A stretch of 64,000 nucleotides of DNA from Acidimicrobiaceae bacterium. GTDB lineage: Bacteria; Actinomycetota; Acidimicrobiia; Acidimicrobiales; JACDCH01. The notes under the pieces are model-generated. The model had not been told where the DNA came from and did not search any database. It worked only from the letters and a program-made list of their open reading frames with translations. Both the position numbers and the translations under genes were made by a program. Position 1 is the stretch's first letter; every line of letters starts with the position of its first letter. The stretch is from NCBI GenBank assembly GCA_041166745.1, contig JBEEGH010000019.1:37594-101593 (forward strand). The letters run 5' to 3'. Below, one piece after another: positions 26,369 to 35,569 of this stretch.

Positions 26369-27508
26369 ATGAGCCTGACCCAGCAACCGGCGGCGCCCGC
26401 GGGCCCCGTGGCCGCACCTCGCCTCGGCGGCATCGACCATCTCGAATGGTGGGTGGGCAACGCCCGGGCGTTCACCGGGTTCCTCGCGGCGGCCTTCGGC
26501 TTCGAGCCGCTTGCTCATGCTGGACCGGAGACAGGGCGGCGCGATCGTGTGTCGTATCTCCTACAACAAGGCGACGTCCGTTTCTTGGTGACAGGCGGAC
26601 TGACTCCCGACTCGCCCGTGGCCGAGCACGTTCGCCTTCACGGTGACGGCATCCGCGACATCGCCTTCATCGTCGACGACGTCGACGCCGCGTACTCCGC
26701 AGCGCTGGAGCGGGGTGCAACGTCGTTCCGTCCTCCGGTGGACGACGTCGACGAGACGGGCAACGGCACCATCCGCCACGCGGCGATCGCCACCTACGGC
26801 GAGACCGTGCACACGTTCCTCGACCGCTCGCGATACGACGGGCCCTTCGCTCCGCAGTTCGAGCCGTCGCCCCTGCGCGCCCCGGTGGGTGTACCGGTCG
26901 GCATCGAGCGCATCGATCATGTCGTGGCCAACGTCGAGCTCGGGACGCTCGGGGAATGGGTCGACTATTACGAGAAGGTTCTCGGGTTCGATCAACTCGT
27001 GCACTTCAGCGACGAAGCCATCTCGACCGAGTACTCCGCCTTGATGTCGACGGTGGTCTGGAACCACGACCGCATCGTTCTGCCGATCAACGAGCCGGCC
27101 TCGGGTCGCCGGAAGAGTCAGATCGAGGAGTATCTCGATTACTACGGCTCGCCCGGCGTGCAGCACATCGCGCTGCGGACGTCCGACATCGTCGCTTCCG
27201 TGCGCGCCCTACGCGATCGGGGCGTGCGGTTCCTCGACGTGCCGGACACGTACTACGACGAGGCCCGCGAGCGCATGGGTGAGATGGGGACAGAGCTTCC
27301 GTGGGAGCGGCTCGCCGAGCTCGGCATCCTGGTCGACCGCGATCAGGACGGCTTCCTGCTGCAGGTCTTCACGGAGACACTGACGGACAGGCCGACGGTG
27401 TTCTTCGAGATCATCCAGCGCGAAGGCGCCAAAGGATTCGGTGAGGGCAACTTCAAAGCGCTCTTCCAAGCCATCGAGCGAGAGCAAGAGCGCCGCGGGA
27501 ACCTGTGA
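26369..27508 (+). CDS. hppD: 4-hydroxyphenylpyruvate dioxygenase
   Basis: Contains IDHLEWWVGNA, GVQHIALRTSDI and C-terminal FFEIIQREGAKGFGEGNFKALFQAIEREQ. GGGGAG lies 6 nt before ATG 26369. Confidence 0.9.
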   Translation: MSLTQQPAAPAGPVAAPRLGGIDHLEWWVGNARAFTGFLAAAFGFEPLAHAGPETGRRDRVSYLLQQGDVRFLVTGGLTPDSPVAEHVRLHGDGIRDIAFIVDDVDAAYSAALERGATSFRPPVDDVDETGNGTIRHAAIATYGETVHTFLDRSRYDGPFAPQFEPSPLRAPVGVPVGIERIDHVVANVELGTLGEWVDYYEKVLGFDQLVHFSDEAISTEYSALMSTVVWNHDRIVLPINEPASGRRKSQIEEYLDYYGSPGVQHIALRTSDIVASVRALRDRGVRFLDVPDTYYDEARERMGEMGTELPWERLAELGILVDRDQDGFLLQVFTETLTDRPTVFFEIIQREGAKGFGEGNFKALFQAIEREQERRGNL

Positions 27509-27543
27509 CGCTCGCTGCTAATCTCACCACCCCTGACGAACAG

Positions 27544-27620
27544 GGGCGTTTAGCTCAGTCTGGTAGAGCGCTTCCTCGACACGGAAGAGGCCGTGGGTTC
27601 AAGTCCCTCAACGCCCACCA
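27544..27620 (+). tRNA. tRNA-Val (anticodon GAC)
   Basis: Folded by eye. Acceptor GGGCGTT/AACGCCC, D arm GCTC-AGTCTGGTA-GAGC, anticodon arm CTTCC-TCGACAC-GGAAG, T arm GTGGG-TTCAAGT-CCCTC (one T-T mismatch), encoded CCA. Confidence 0.85.
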
Positions 27621-27671
27621 AAGGTCCATGACCACCGCCGCAGCGATGGTCCGGCGATAGCGTCGGCGCCC

Positions 27672-28499
27672 GTGTCCGATGTGATGACCTTCGGGTTGCC
27701 TGGCGTGCCGCTCATCCCGGGCGACCACATCTGCGCGTTGTACTCCGGCGCCCACGAGCGAGACGCCGTGCTGGCTCCGTATCTCGAGGCCGGCTTGGTC
27801 GCCGGCGACAAGTGCGTGTGCGTGATCGAGGCGGAGGATCAGCGGCATCTGCTCGCCGAAGTCGGCAGCGGCGTCGACGTAGAAACGTGCATTGCATCCG
27901 GACAACTCGAGCTCTTCACCTCGGCAGAGACCTACCTCCGCGCTGGCGTCGCGGCCTTCTCGGTCGACGGCATGGTCGACTTCTGGAACGAGAGCAACGG
28001 CGCCGCGCTGACGTCGGGTGCATTCGACTTCGCCCGCAATGCCGGCGACACGACCGGTCTGGTCGCCTTCGCGGAGGACTTCGGCGATTTCGCCACCTAC
28101 GAGGCCGAGCTCAACCGAATGGCGATGCACCATCCGCGGAGCTTCCTGTGTCTGTACGACGTCAGGCTCTTCGGCGGCGGCATCGTCCTGGAACTGCTCC
28201 GGACGCATCCCAAGCTGCTGCGCGGCGGCATGGTGATCGACAACCCCCACTACCTGACCCCTGACGAGTATCAGGCCATGCGCGATCGCAGCGGTACGGG
28301 ATGGACGGGTCTCACTACGACCGAGAAGGCGGTGGCCGACCTCGTCGGGCAGGGCCTCACGAACGACGAGATCGGCGACAGGTTGGCCCTCTCGCGACCT
28401 CTCGTCGACCGTGATCTCCACCGGATCTTCCGCAAGCTCGGAGTCACCACTCGCACCGACCTCGTGCGCATCGTCGGTGAGCGCGCCCGAGAGCAGTGA
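27672..28499 (+). CDS. MEDS-domain / LuxR-type HTH transcriptional regulator (DcmR-like)
   Basis: The N-terminal GDHICALYSGAHERDAVLAPYLEAGLVAGDKCVCV pattern matches the MEDS domain. The C-terminal LTTTEKAVADLVGQGLTNDEIGDRLALSRPLVDRDLHRIFRKLGV is a LuxR/GerE HTH. Confidence 0.75.
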   Translation: MSDVMTFGLPGVPLIPGDHICALYSGAHERDAVLAPYLEAGLVAGDKCVCVIEAEDQRHLLAEVGSGVDVETCIASGQLELFTSAETYLRAGVAAFSVDGMVDFWNESNGAALTSGAFDFARNAGDTTGLVAFAEDFGDFATYEAELNRMAMHHPRSFLCLYDVRLFGGGIVLELLRTHPKLLRGGMVIDNPHYLTPDEYQAMRDRSGTGWTGLTTTEKAVADLVGQGLTNDEIGDRLALSRPLVDRDLHRIFRKLGVTTRTDLVRIVGERAREQ

Positions 28500-28527
28500 T
28501 CGGCCGTCCCTGCGCCGGCGGCCGCGC

Positions 28528-28890
28528 GTGATCAACTACGACGAGGTCTTTTCGCTGCTCGTGGCCGCGTGCCCCTCGTTCGAACATTCGACAGACTCGG
28601 CGCAGGCCGAGGAGGACGAAGGCGAGTTCCTCCGCGTGGGACATCTCGCTTTCCATCTGATCGAGTTGCTGCTGAGCGATGAGACCGACTCGTTCGCGGC
28701 GGTGTTCGGGATCGTCGACTGGGTGCTCGCCGAGGGCTCGGCGGAGTCGCGCATGTTGGTCGCGGATGGGTTTCTCCACGACCTCACGAGCTTGGATCGC
28801 TATGGCGATAGCGGAAAGCTCCCCAGCGAGTTCGTTCCGTGGCTCGGACCGTGCGCTCGACGAGAGCTCGTCATCCAACCGTTCCTCTGA
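28528..28890 (+). CDS. hypothetical acidic protein
   Basis: 120 aa from GTG 28528 (VINYDEVFSLLVAACPSFEH...). The upstream part of the track ORF overlaps the regulator and is Ser/Arg-rich. Confidence 0.45.
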   Translation: MINYDEVFSLLVAACPSFEHSTDSAQAEEDEGEFLRVGHLAFHLIELLLSDETDSFAAVFGIVDWVLAEGSAESRMLVADGFLHDLTSLDRYGDSGKLPSEFVPWLGPCARRELVIQPFL

Positions 28891-28916
28891 CCCGGCGCCA
28901 CTAGCGTTCGGCGCTC

Positions 28917-29951
28917 ATGCCCGACCTCCAGGCTTCTGCGAACGTCGTGGTCACCGGCGCGAGCGGGTGGCTCGGCCAGAACCTCGTGCGCGCTCTCGCC
29001 TCGGAGCGTGACCGCGTTCGGTGTCTGGTGCGCACGTCGGACGACGCCTCGCTGCTGTCGGTCGTCGGTCCGGCCATCGAGGCCATCGTGGGCGATGTCC
29101 GCGATCCCGCGGCGCTCGATCGCCTTTTCGAAGGGATCGGTCCTGCGTCCGTGTTCCACGCCGCGGGCGTGATCCATCCCGTGGCGAAGGTGCGCGAGCT
29201 GTTCGACGTCAACGTCGGCGGCACACAGCTCGCGCTCGATCGGGCCCGGCGCGCCGCGGCGATTCGTTTCGTGCACGTGTCTTCGAACTCACCGTTCGGC
29301 ACGAATGCGGCGCCCAGCGATCGCTTCACCGAGGACTCGCCGTTCAACCCCTACTTGGGATACGGGAAGTCCAAGCTCGAAGCTGAGCAACTCGTCCAGC
29401 GCAGTTTCGAGCACGGCGACCTCGAGACCGTCATCGTTCGGCCGCCGTGGTTCTACGGCCCGTACCAGCCGCAGCGGCAGACGCAGTTCCTTGCCGCCGT
29501 TCGGAGAGGCCGCTTCCCGCTCGTCGGCGATGGCTCGCAACAGCGGTCGATGGTCTTCACCGGCAATCTCGTGCACGGGATGCTGCGGGCCGAGGTGGCC
29601 GCAGTCGCTCCGGGTCGGGCCTATTGGATCGCCGACGCCGAACCGTACGAGCTGCGCACGATTCTCGACACGATCAAGCGGGCGCTTGTCGCGGAAGGTT
29701 TGAGCGCGACCGGCAGGCGTCCTCTGACGATGCCGCGACTGGGGGCGCGAGTGGCGGAGGCGGTCGACCGGTTGGTGCAGGCACGCGGCCGGTATGTGCA
29801 GGCAGTGCACGTGCTCGGCGAGCTCAACCACACGATCGCGTGCGACATCTCGCGGGCTCGAGCGGAGTTGGGCTACGACCCGCCCACCACGCTGTTCGAC
29901 GGCATGCGCGAAGCCATCCGATGGTCCCTGGCGAACGGCGATGCGTTCTGA
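28917..29951 (+). CDS. NAD-dependent epimerase/dehydratase (extended SDR)
   Basis: Contains VVVTGASGWLGQNLV and a YGKSK catalytic motif. Confidence 0.85.
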   Translation: MPDLQASANVVVTGASGWLGQNLVRALASERDRVRCLVRTSDDASLLSVVGPAIEAIVGDVRDPAALDRLFEGIGPASVFHAAGVIHPVAKVRELFDVNVGGTQLALDRARRAAAIRFVHVSSNSPFGTNAAPSDRFTEDSPFNPYLGYGKSKLEAEQLVQRSFEHGDLETVIVRPPWFYGPYQPQRQTQFLAAVRRGRFPLVGDGSQQRSMVFTGNLVHGMLRAEVAAVAPGRAYWIADAEPYELRTILDTIKRALVAEGLSATGRRPLTMPRLGARVAEAVDRLVQARGRYVQAVHVLGELNHTIACDISRARAELGYDPPTTLFDGMREAIRWSLANGDAF

Positions 29952-30979
29952 TGGGCCGCACGATCTTGGTGACCGGCGGAAGCGGCTACTTCGGAACGGT
30001 GGTCGCGGAGCAAGCACTCGAGCGCGGCGACGAGGTACGCATTCTCGACATCAACCCACCGACGCTGACCGAAGGCGAGGTCACCTACATCGCGGGCGAC
30101 ATCCGCGATCTCGGCACCGTGCGAGCGGCCTGTGACGGCGTGGACGTCGTGCTGCACAACGTGGCGCAGGTGCCGCTGGCGCGCGACCGCGAGCTGTTCG
30201 ACTCGGTCAACGTGGTCGGGACGGCCAATGTGCTCATCGGTGCGCGCGACGCGCGCGTCGCCAAGGTCGTGCACACCTCGTCCAGCGCAGTGTTCGGCAT
30301 TCCGGAGTCGAACCCGGTCACGGAGGACGCTCCATGCAGGCCACTCGAGGCCTACGGGCGCGCCAAGTTGCGCGCCGAGCAGTTGTGTCACGAAGCAGTG
30401 GCCGCGGGACTGGACGTCACGATCGTGCGACCGCGCACGATTCTCGGCCACGGCCGGCTCGGCATCTTTGCGGTGCTGTTCGACTTCGTGGCCGATGGCG
30501 CGCCGGTGTACGTGCTCGGCTCGGGCGACAACCGCTACCAGCTCGTGCACGCGGACGACCTTGCCGACGCTTGTCTGCGCGCCGGCGACCGCCCGGGGCC
30601 GACGACGTACAACGTCGGTGCTGTGGAGTTCGGCACGATGCGCGCCACGATTCAGGCGTTGGTGGATCATGCCGCGACCGGCTCGGTGGTGCGTTCGCTC
30701 CCCACGACTCCCGCGCAGGTGGCGATGCGCTCGTTGGGCGCCGTCGGTCTTGCACCCTTCGCGCCGTACCACTGGCTGATGTACGGCGAGTCGTTGTTCT
30801 TCGACGTCACCAGGGCGCGTACGGAGTTGGATTGGGAGCCGCGTCATTCCAACGCGTCGATGCTGATCGAGTCGTACGACTGGTACCTCCAGCATCGCGA
30901 CGGCCTCGCGGCCGGAGGCTCGCGCCATCAGTCGCCCGTCCGTCTCGGTCTCCTGAAGGTGCTGCGCCGGCTGCCGTAA
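29951..30979 (+). CDS. NAD-dependent epimerase/dehydratase (extended SDR)
   Basis: Contains ILVTGGSGYFGTVV and YGRAK. The ATG overlaps the upstream TGA (TGATG). The 510-aa track ORF is an out-of-context upstream extension. Confidence 0.85.
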   Translation: MGRTILVTGGSGYFGTVVAEQALERGDEVRILDINPPTLTEGEVTYIAGDIRDLGTVRAACDGVDVVLHNVAQVPLARDRELFDSVNVVGTANVLIGARDARVAKVVHTSSSAVFGIPESNPVTEDAPCRPLEAYGRAKLRAEQLCHEAVAAGLDVTIVRPRTILGHGRLGIFAVLFDFVADGAPVYVLGSGDNRYQLVHADDLADACLRAGDRPGPTTYNVGAVEFGTMRATIQALVDHAATGSVVRSLPTTPAQVAMRSLGAVGLAPFAPYHWLMYGESLFFDVTRARTELDWEPRHSNASMLIESYDWYLQHRDGLAAGGSRHQSPVRLGLLKVLRRLP

Positions 30980-30989
30980 GGTCTGTTGC

Positions 30990-32069
30990 ATGCGTGTCGG
31001 CGTGCAGATGATCTTCCAGTCCTGGGGCTACGACTCCAGCGTGACGGATGCCGAGGTGGTGGCCGACGAGATTCGGCTTGGCGTGTTGGCCGACGAGCTG
31101 GGCTTCCATGCGCTGTGGCCCGTCGAGCACCACTTCAACGACTACTCGTTCTGCCCGGACAACACGGTGTTCCTCGCCAACATGGCGGCCCGCACGAAGC
31201 AGATCCGGCTTGGCACCGGCGCCGTGATCTTGCCGTGGAACGATCCGCTGCGGGTGGCCGAGAAGATCGCCCTGCTCGACCATCTGTCCGATGGGCGGGT
31301 GCTGTTCGGCATGGGACGCGGCTTGGCCCGTCGGGAGTACGCCGGCTTTGGCATCCCGATGGACGAATCACGCGATCGCTTCGACGAAGCTGCGCGCATG
31401 ATCCTCGATGCGCTGGAGAGCGGGTTCATCGAGGGTGACGGTCCGCACTTCCCGCAGCCCCGTACGCCGATCCGCCCCGCCCCGGCGCGATCGTTCGCGG
31501 GGCGCACCTACTGCGTCGCGATGTCACCGGACTCGGTGCTGGCGGCGGCCGACCTCGGCGCCCGAATGGTGACCTTCAGTCAGCGGCCCTGGGACGATCA
31601 GGCGGTCGCGATCAACACGTACAAGGAGCGGTTCATCGCGCACCAAGGGCGAGAGCCCGAGGTGCCGGTCATCTGCGATTTCGTGTACTGCGACACCGAC
31701 GCGTCGCGAGCCGAGGAAATGGCGCACAAGCACGTGGCCGGCTACCTCACGAGCGTGATGGAGCACTACGAGCTCGAGAGTGACCACTTCAAGGATGCGA
31801 AGGGGTACGAGTCCTACGGCAGTGCGGTCGACCTCATGAAGGCGATCGGCCTCGACAAGCTCTGCTCGATGTACCTCGACGTGAACGTCTGGGGGACACC
31901 GGAGCAGATCATCGAGCGGCTGCGGAACCGGCGTGAGGTGGTCGGCGACCACGATCTCACGTGCTGCTTCCGGTTCGCAGGGCTCCCGTACGAGAACGCG
32001 GAGGCGAGCATGCGGTTGTTCGCCCGCGACGTGCTGCCGGTCGTGCAACCCGAGATGGCTCGGCACTGA
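30990..32069 (+). CDS. LLM-class (luciferase-like) flavin-dependent oxidoreductase
   Basis: Contains FHALWPVEHHFNDYSFCPDN and LDHLSDGRVLFGMGRG. Confidence 0.85.
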   Translation: MRVGVQMIFQSWGYDSSVTDAEVVADEIRLGVLADELGFHALWPVEHHFNDYSFCPDNTVFLANMAARTKQIRLGTGAVILPWNDPLRVAEKIALLDHLSDGRVLFGMGRGLARREYAGFGIPMDESRDRFDEAARMILDALESGFIEGDGPHFPQPRTPIRPAPARSFAGRTYCVAMSPDSVLAAADLGARMVTFSQRPWDDQAVAINTYKERFIAHQGREPEVPVICDFVYCDTDASRAEEMAHKHVAGYLTSVMEHYELESDHFKDAKGYESYGSAVDLMKAIGLDKLCSMYLDVNVWGTPEQIIERLRNRREVVGDHDLTCCFRFAGLPYENAEASMRLFARDVLPVVQPEMARH

Positions 32070-33094
32070 TGGTCACGGTCATCACCGACGCAGAGCGCGA
32101 CGTCGAGGCCGTACTCGACGGCGAGCACGTCCTGATCGACCCGACGACGCTGCCGGACGCGTTGGGCTGGGAGCTCAAGCCTGAGGGGTTGTGTCGCGAG
32201 GACGTCTGCGTCCCGGTGCGCGATCGTGCCGCGCTGTTCGTCGGTGAGCGACTCGATCTCGCGGCCGTGACCGCGGCCCTGCATCGTCCGTCAGTTGTCG
32301 ACGCTGGTGCCGGTGTCATCGCAGTCGCCCTGCCGAGCGAGGAGCGCCGTCGCGCGTTGCACGATCGGCAGGCCCCACCGTTCACGCTGCCCGATCTCGA
32401 CGGCGTGCCGCACTCCCTCGACGAGTGGCGCGGCCGCAAGAAGCTGCTGTTCGCCTTCTCCTCGTGGTGAGGATGTCGCTACGACCTGCCCGGGTGGCAG
32501 GGCCTGCACAATGAGCTCGAAGCCGATGGCTTCATGGTCATCGGCATCGCCATCGACGAATCCGTTGACGACGTGCGTCCGTGGACAGACGGCATCGAGT
32601 TCCCGGTGCTGATCGATCAGCAACACACGGTCAGCGAGCTGTACGCGATCAGCAACGTGCCCACAGTGATCTGGATCGATGAAGACAACCGCATCGTGCG
32701 ACCGAACGGCGTCGCCTTCGGAACCGACACTGTGACCGCGTTCACCGGGATCGAGTCGAAGCCGCATCTCGACCTCATCCGCGACTGGGTGCGCAACGGG
32801 GCGATGCCCGAGACGGCGAACGCAGCGGTCGAGGATCTCAGCGACGACGAGGTGCTGGCCCGTCTGCACTTCCGCGTCGCAGCTCATGCGCGGCGAGCTG
32901 GCGATACGGAGACGGCGGCGAAGCACTTCGCTCGCGCCGGCGAGCTCGCGCCGCACGACTGGACGATCCGTCGCGCCGCCATGCCGCTGACCGGTGAAGA
33001 CCCGTTCGGTGAGGCGTTCTTCGTGATGTATCAGGAGTGGGAGGAAGCCGGGCGTCCGTACCACGGCATCCCCGGCGAGCAAGCGGGGGTCTGA
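32069..33094 (+). CDS. thioredoxin-fold (TlpA/redoxin-like) protein with in-frame TGA at 32468-32470; candidate selenoprotein (active site W-U-G-C)
   Basis: Track ORFs 31961..32470 and 32534..33094 share one frame. Read-through gives ...GRKKLLFAFSSW[TGA]GCRYDLPGWQGLHNELEADGFMVIGIAIDE...PVLIDQQH...NVPTVIWIDEDNRIV, a redoxin fold with the TGA at the first Cys of WCxxC. The ATG overlaps the LLM stop. Confidence 0.6.
32485..32501 (+). other. candidate bacterial SECIS-like hairpin
   Basis: CCTGCC-CGGGT-GGCAGG forms a perfect 6-bp stem with a 5-nt loop containing GGU. It starts 17 nt after the U of the in-frame UGA. Confidence 0.4.
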
Positions 33095-33096
33095 GG

Positions 33097-33837
33097 TCAG
33101 CGCCAGCGAATCGTCACGGAGTCGCGCCAGAGGTCGAGCAAGGAACGGTCGCCGTCGACCGCGAGTGCGTCGGACGTGGCCCGGTTCCACAGGAACAGGT
33201 GCAGATCAGACGCCAGCCCGCTCATCGCACAGTCTGCATCGCCGCCCGTGCGCTCCGTCTCGACACGGTCGCTGATGCGCACCAGCCACTCATCGCTCGT
33301 GTCGGTGGCGCGCACGAGGAGCGTCCGCGGCACTTCTGACTTCAGTCGTCCCCCAGGGCGGGTGATGAACGACCGCAGCAACTCGTCGATTCCGTCGGCG
33401 GCGACACCGGGAGCGAAGGCGGAGATCGGCCCGGACGCGCTCTCGGCGTCGGCGCGATGCATTCCGGTCTCGTGGCACTGTCGTCGAGCCCAGAAGACGA
33501 GCGGCGATGGCGCGGCCATGAAGGTCCAGCAGGCGACGTCGGGATCAGCGCTCTCGATGGCGTCGATCAAGGTCTGATGTCCGTCGCGGAACCAGGCAAC
33601 GAGATCGGGATCGTCCGGGGCGGGGCCCGTTGCCTCGGCCGCGTCCGCGGGTTCGTCGCTCGGGCGAGCAACATTGGCCGCGGCCCAGCGATGGACCTGG
33701 CCCTGATGGAGGACGAGATCACGCATCGTCCATTCGGGGCAGGTGGGGATAGAGGTATCGGGTGCGACCGCCCCGGCCGCCTTGGCCATCAAGTCGCCGT
33801 CCCGATGCAGCGCGGCGACGTACTCAGGTACCTCCAC
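33097..33837 (-). CDS. maleylpyruvate isomerase-family mycothiol-dependent enzyme (DinB-like N-terminal domain)
   Basis: Contains PTCPEWTMRDLVLHQGQVHRWAAANV, typical of the MDMPI/TIGR03083-type family. Confidence 0.8.
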   Translation of the reverse strand: MEVPEYVAALHRDGDLMAKAAGAVAPDTSIPTCPEWTMRDLVLHQGQVHRWAAANVARPSDEPADAAEATGPAPDDPDLVAWFRDGHQTLIDAIESADPDVACWTFMAAPSPLVFWARRQCHETGMHRADAESASGPISAFAPGVAADGIDELLRSFITRPGGRLKSEVPRTLLVRATDTSDEWLVRISDRVETERTGGDADCAMSGLASDLHLFLWNRATSDALAVDGDRSLLDLWRDSVTIRWR

Positions 33838-34252
33838 GTTCCCTCCTCACGGCGGCCTTGATCTGCTGTTCGGGTTCCTTGCGATCGAGATAGTCGCGCC
33901 ATGCAGTGATGAGTCCGGCGTCGTCGACCTCGATGATCGTCGCGCCGTGCATCGTGATGGCCGTGCCATTTCCTGGCCCGTCGCCGCCGGGTGCCGCGTA
34001 CGTGGCATGACCCACCCACTCGAAGAAGGCCCAGTTGTCGCCGCCGCGGATCGACGTGATGTCCTGACGCCAGTCGGGCATCACGGCGCGCGTCTGGAGC
34101 TGGATGTCGCGCAGGTCTTCCGTCGGCGCGTTGGCCGGGTCGGTGAAGCGAGCGCCCGGGGCGAAGAGCTCGCGGAAGCCTCCGGGCGTCCGCATGTCGA
34201 GCGCGGCCTCCAACGTGCGAGCGAATTCGTCCCAGTTACGCGCGGCGCCCAT
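33824..34252 (-). CDS. SnoaL/NTF2-like protein
   Basis: 142 aa from ATG 34252 (MGAARNWDEFARTLEAALDM...FEWVGHATY...ITAWRDYLD). The upstream part of the 246-aa track ORF is Ser/Arg-rich. Confidence 0.65.
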   Translation of the reverse strand: MGAARNWDEFARTLEAALDMRTPGGFRELFAPGARFTDPANAPTEDLRDIQLQTRAVMPDWRQDITSIRGGDNWAFFEWVGHATYAAPGGDGPGNGTAITMHGATIIEVDDAGLITAWRDYLDRKEPEQQIKAAVRRERGGT

Positions 34253-34715
34253 GGACGGCAGCCTGCCATGCACCGGTGAGGGGCACACGGCTGAGTACTG
34301 CGGCCGCCCTGAGCAACCAATCGAGGACGTCGTCGTCGGCGCTGTCGGGATGCACTCCGATGACGAGACCGCGACGCGGGTGGTCGGAGAGCACGACCCA
34401 ACGTTCGGGAACGTCGACTCCCGCCTCGCTGAGGGTGCGCACGGCCTTCGGTCCTGACTGGTGGAGGATGCCGAGCTCTGCGTGCGGCGGCTTCTGGCTC
34501 GGCTCGGGTGCGACCCAGGTGCAGACCGGGACCGGGGGACCAGAGCCAGAGAACAGCGCGCCAAGCGCGGAGCGCGGTGGCGGTGCGTCCTCCTCGCGGA
34601 TCCCGGGTTGCAGCGTGATCCAGCCGTGCTGCGCCGCTCCCAGTTCCGTCATGGCGCTGACCACCACCGCGGTGTCGGACGCCCGGAACTCCACGACGTC
34701 AGGGGGCTCGCGCAC
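34236..34715 (-). CDS. hypothetical protein
   Basis: 159-aa ORF with protein-like composition. The GTG start is uncertain: it lies only 5 nt from the divergent CHAD start. Confidence 0.45.
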   Translation of the reverse strand: MREPPDVVEFRASDTAVVVSAMTELGAAQHGWITLQPGIREEDAPPPRSALGALFSGSGPPVPVCTWVAPEPSQKPPHAELGILHQSGPKAVRTLSEAGVDVPERWVVLSDHPRRGLVIGVHPDSADDDVLDWLLRAAAVLSRVPLTGAWQAAVHGRRA

Positions 34716-34720
34716 ACCGG

Positions 34721-35563
34721 ATGTCTAGCCTCGTCGCTCGCTACGCTCCCACGCAGATGATCCCGGTCGCGAGAGCCCCCGACACCGACAGCGATCGACT
34801 GATCGAGGCGCTCGACCGGTTTCGGCGGGAGATCGAGGCGCATCGAGGTCCTGCGGTCACCGGCGAGGATCCCGAGGCGCTGCATGACTTCCGCGTCGCG
34901 GTTCGACGCACGCGATCAGGCTTGAAGTACAGCGCCGGTGTGCTTTCGCCCAAGAAGCGCAAGCAGTTCCAAGCGGAGTTCTCCCAGCTGCAGGACGTCA
35001 CCGGACCGGCGCGCGACTACGAGGTGTGGATCGCATCGTTGTCCGAGGACGATCCCCTCCGGCTCGTGCTCGCCGGCTACTACGACGCCGCTCGGAGCGA
35101 CGCCGTCGAGGCGCTCGATTCTCGTCACACGAAACAGCTCTTGGCTCGCTGGCACACCGCGCTCGCGGCGCTCTCCCGCGGCAGCGACGCGGTGTCGAGC
35201 GAGGAGACCATCGGCGAGGTGCAGCGACGGGTGATGGACGCCGCGGCGAACGCCGGCGTCGAAGCCGACGCCACCGATCTGCACCGGCTGCGGAAGCGGG
35301 TGAAGGAGCTCCGCTACCTGATCGAGCTGTTCGTCGATTCCGGCCAGCGTCCGCTACGCAAGCCGCTGAAGAAGCTGCAGGACGCGCTCGGCGACGTGCA
35401 GGATGTGGCCGTGCAGCGCGCCTGGCTGACCGAACACGCCGACGAAGTCGGGCCGATCGATGTGCGGTTGAAGGAGCTCGACGAGCGCGATGCCGTCGCT
35501 CGAGCGGCCTACGGCGAACTCTTCGCTCAGTTCGTGGCGCTCGTCGGCGGCACGGAGCAGTAG
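34721..35563 (+). CDS. CHAD domain protein
   Basis: Contains LHDFRVAVRRTRSGLKY and LHRLRKRVKELRYLIELF, the conserved CHAD helices. Confidence 0.8.
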   Translation: MSSLVARYAPTQMIPVARAPDTDSDRLIEALDRFRREIEAHRGPAVTGEDPEALHDFRVAVRRTRSGLKYSAGVLSPKKRKQFQAEFSQLQDVTGPARDYEVWIASLSEDDPLRLVLAGYYDAARSDAVEALDSRHTKQLLARWHTALAALSRGSDAVSSEETIGEVQRRVMDAAANAGVEADATDLHRLRKRVKELRYLIELFVDSGQRPLRKPLKKLQDALGDVQDVAVQRAWLTEHADEVGPIDVRLKELDERDAVARAAYGELFAQFVALVGGTEQ

Positions 35564-35569
35564 CCGGGC

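Noticed and set aside
27530-27546. Hairpin CCCCTG-ACGAA-CAGGGG after hppD as a terminator
   Set aside because: Its 3' arm overlaps the first bases of the tRNA-Val acceptor stem and there is no U-tract. It is probably coincidental or part of the tRNA precursor.
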